DNA of 63,317 bases, counting the filler. It is 5 parts of 5 records of this genome, joined end to end, with 100 filler letters (N's around TTAATTAATTAA, not from the genome) between each part and the next. Parts side by side here need not be neighbours in the genome. Positions count along the whole stretch, not along the records: positions 57,011 to 63,317 come from SRR20825006_1302; 4 more parts are not named here. One strand, 5' to 3'. Every line of letters begins with the position of its first letter. Positions within the stretch are counted from its first letter, which is position 1. The position numbers were made by a program, and so were the translations under genes. Below the pieces are notes generated by a model. That model was not told the DNA's origin. It did not search any database and was given only the letters and a program-made list of their open reading frames with translations. This document shows positions 61,463 to 63,317 of the stretch, piece after piece.

Positions 61463-61669
61463 GACGGAAAACTGAAGGAAAATGATTGGGCCTCCCACGT
61501 CTGGCCGAGGTTACAGTTAAGCGCACCTCGAACAGCGGGGTTTCACATGTGCAGGATTTTTCCGCTCCAGATGCAAAAGGAGGTGCTTGACACGTTAAGC
61601 GCCAGACACCTCCCAAGGCTTTGCTGCAAACCACATTGGCATCTGGCCTATGCGGTTACCGCTTGACCG

Positions 61670-61753
61670 TCAGATCCGGGGCAGCCCGTTATCTTCCTTC
61701 GGGCTGCCTTCCTTGCCGGTCACTTCCGATACCTGTCCAAGTGCAATCATCAT
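61670..61753 (-). CDS. Putative lasso peptide precursor (27 aa; MMIALGQVSEVTG-KEGSPKEDNGLPRI); absent from ORF track
   Basis: AGGAG RBS at 61761-61757; leader motif I-x-LG-x-VS-x-x-T-x; acidic residues at core positions 7/8; co-oriented with and downstream of the lasso cyclase. Confidence 0.72.
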   Translation of the reverse strand: MMIALGQVSEVTGKEGSPKEDNGLPRI

Positions 61754-61971
61754 AGTCTCCTATCGATTTGCGGTTATGTCGGCTCATTCCGACCCGAGAA
61801 CGGTAGGACCAATCCAGACGCTCAGGTAACTATATAAAAACAATATAAAATCCGGCACTCCAGATGCATTCGAACCTGAACACCGTCACCAGACGATGCA
61901 GCCGCCCAAAGACTGTTTCTCTCGTCGGCTTTGAGGGTCCGAGCCGATCGACATCGTTGGAGAAGCGGCGG

Positions 61972-63317
61972 TCAGGCGACCGCACCGCGCGCAATATCGG
62001 GAAACGCTTTGCCGCGCCATTTGCGCGCCCAGATTTCTGCGTTGATATAATACATCAACCAATCGCCATCCTGGTTGCCGATGTTGTGATCCCGCGCCAG
62101 GGTCTTTTTCAGATTGGTTTTATTGACGACCTTGTCGCTGACGAGCACGCCGTCCAGCAGACATTCCCGGATGAAGCCGATATTTTCGTCGATGAAAGCT
62201 TTCTGGTAGGCCCCGGACGAGAGTTTCGAGGTGCGCCAGACGACATCTGCTGGCAGGTGATGCCGGAATGCCTTGCGCGCCAGCCCTCTGGATTTACCAT
62301 TGGCCGTCATCACCCAACTTGGGATACGAAGGCATGTCTCGATCACAGGCTGCGCCAGCAGGGGATAGATCATGGGCACATGCTCGCCCGGCCATGTGTT
62401 GTATTCCTCGTTATAAAATCCCCTCGTGTAGTGAAAGATATGGTCAAGCTTGCCGGGCACCATGCCCTTGCCCTGTTTGATCCATGGATGGACGGAGCCG
62501 TCCGGCTTGATCAGGTCCTGAATATCGTCATTCAGGAGCGTGGTCGTCCCCGGGTCGAATTCCGTGTAAAAGTCCCATTGTTTGCGTCCCAAGCCGTCCC
62601 GGAAGATTTTCGGCAAGATGGACCAGACAGAGAGATTCTGAAGCCTGGCAGCCTCCATGATCAGCCGAAGCAAAGGCCGGCGCAGACCGTGTGTTTTCAG
62701 GTAATCGATCGCGCCGTAGCTTGACTCTCGCGCATAGAGAATTTCATCTCCGCCCCAACCGTTAAACCGCGCCTGAAGACCGTTTTCCCGCGCCAGTTCT
62801 GGTATGTTACTCTCGAACTCAATCTGGCGGCCATAATAGATCGGTTTTGTCGTGAGCGGCAGCCGCTGCAGGGCATCCGCGTCCAACTTCACAATTTTCT
62901 TGTCATGTTCGATGAGCGGAACGCTGAGCTTTTCCGTCACTTGCCGCACATAATGACGCTCGTCCCCCATGGGGTTTGTTCGGTCGAAATTGGTGATACA
63001 GGTGATGTCGAGCGAAGCGCGCGCTTCCTTGAGGCAGGCAAGCAGGATCGACGAATCCAGCCCGCCGATCTCATGCAATATCCGGTCATAGGGCGCGGCG
63101 TGCGCGGCAACGGTGGTCATCAACACCTTGTGCAAGGTCGCCTCGGCTTCCGCGACGTCCTCGATCACATTGGTCTGGGATATTTTTTGCGGATCCCAGT
63201 AAAAGACGTTTTCCGTCGCCCAAGGGGTGATCGTGAGACATTGGCCGGAGAGAAGCTTGTCAACTTCTTTGAGCCCCGTTCGGGCCCCGCCCGTGGCATA
63301 CCTCAAATATCTGGCAA
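61972..63317 (-). CDS. Lasso peptide cyclase (asparagine synthetase-like, C protein), 5' truncated
   Basis: GGLDSS, DERHY, GWGGDE, PLLAQPVIETCLRIPSW, SRGLARKAF...LP...WRTSK motifs; convergent with isopeptidase and TBDT as in astexin-type clusters. Confidence 0.87.
   Translation of the reverse strand, partial: ARYLRYATGGARTGLKEVDKLLSGQCLTITPWATENVFYWDPQKISQTNVIEDVAEAEATLHKVLMTTVAAHAAPYDRILHEIGGLDSSILLACLKEARASLDITCITNFDRTNPMGDERHYVRQVTEKLSVPLIEHDKKIVKLDADALQRLPLTTKPIYYGRQIEFESNIPELARENGLQARFNGWGGDEILYARESSYGAIDYLKTHGLRRPLLRLIMEAARLQNLSVWSILPKIFRDGLGRKQWDFYTEFDPGTTTLLNDDIQDLIKPDGSVHPWIKQGKGMVPGKLDHIFHYTRGFYNEEYNTWPGEHVPMIYPLLAQPVIETCLRIPSWVMTANGKSRGLARKAFRHHLPADVVWRTSKLSSGAYQKAFIDENIGFIRECLLDGVLVSDKVVNKTNLKKTLARDHNIGNQDGDWLMYYINAEIWARKWRGKAFPDIARGAVA

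Noticed and set aside
61437-61634. 65-aa minus-strand ORF as the lasso precursor
   Set aside because: No LG-x-x-S-x-x-T leader motif or clear RBS; overlaps the isopeptidase 3' end.
61689-61787. Alternative-frame 32-aa ORF MSRHNRKSIGDYDDCTWTGIGSDRQGRQPEGR overlapping the precursor
   Set aside because: Lacks the lasso leader motif; the AGGAG RBS is positioned for the other frame.
61864-62724. 286-aa plus-strand ORF
   Set aside because: Antisense shadow of the lasso cyclase; no recognisable domain.
61972-63317. Housekeeping asparagine synthetase
   Set aside because: The PLLAQPVIETCLRIPSW-type C-terminus and the isopeptidase/TBDT/precursor context fit a lasso cyclase better.

Overview
This window is not one locus. 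It is five unrelated bacterial contigs joined by artificial 100-nt linkers (N44-TTAATTAATTAA-N44) at 8583-8682, 27561-27660, 34338-34437 and 56911-57010. Taxonomic guesses come from gene content and composition only. (1) 1-8582, marine alphaproteobacterium (Thalassospira-like): regulators, an OM beta-barrel, a Tat-signal tandem YdhR protein, transporters, a GTCCCCTTTT repeat cluster, an orphan secreted protein and a truncated hybrid kinase. (2) 8683-27560, AT-rich Balneolaceae-like contig: T9SS cargo proteins, a two-component system and housekeeping genes (tyrA, uvrB, xth, tyrS, rpmB-rpmG-DUF4295, gyrB, gyrA start). (3) 27661-34337, Roseobacter-group contig: acyl-CoA synthetase, esterase, ada, MarR and others. 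(4) 34438-56910, Flavobacteriaceae contig: a tRNA 3'-end att-like scar, then a LacI-controlled SusC/SusD locus with GH109, DUF4832/4874, an HGSNAT-like protein and an apparent Leloir-type GalNAc pathway. (5) 57011-63317, alphaproteobacterial astexin-type lasso peptide cluster: TonB receptor and AtxE2-like isopeptidase convergent with a lasso cyclase. The top finding is an ORF below the track's size cut-off at 61670-61753 (-), MMIALGQVSEVTG-KEGSPKEDNGLPRI. It looks like a very short lasso precursor with an atypical, probably Lys-initiated core, next to a cyclase with a variant ATP-binding motif. The second highlight is the (acetyl)galactosamine-glycan utilisation locus.
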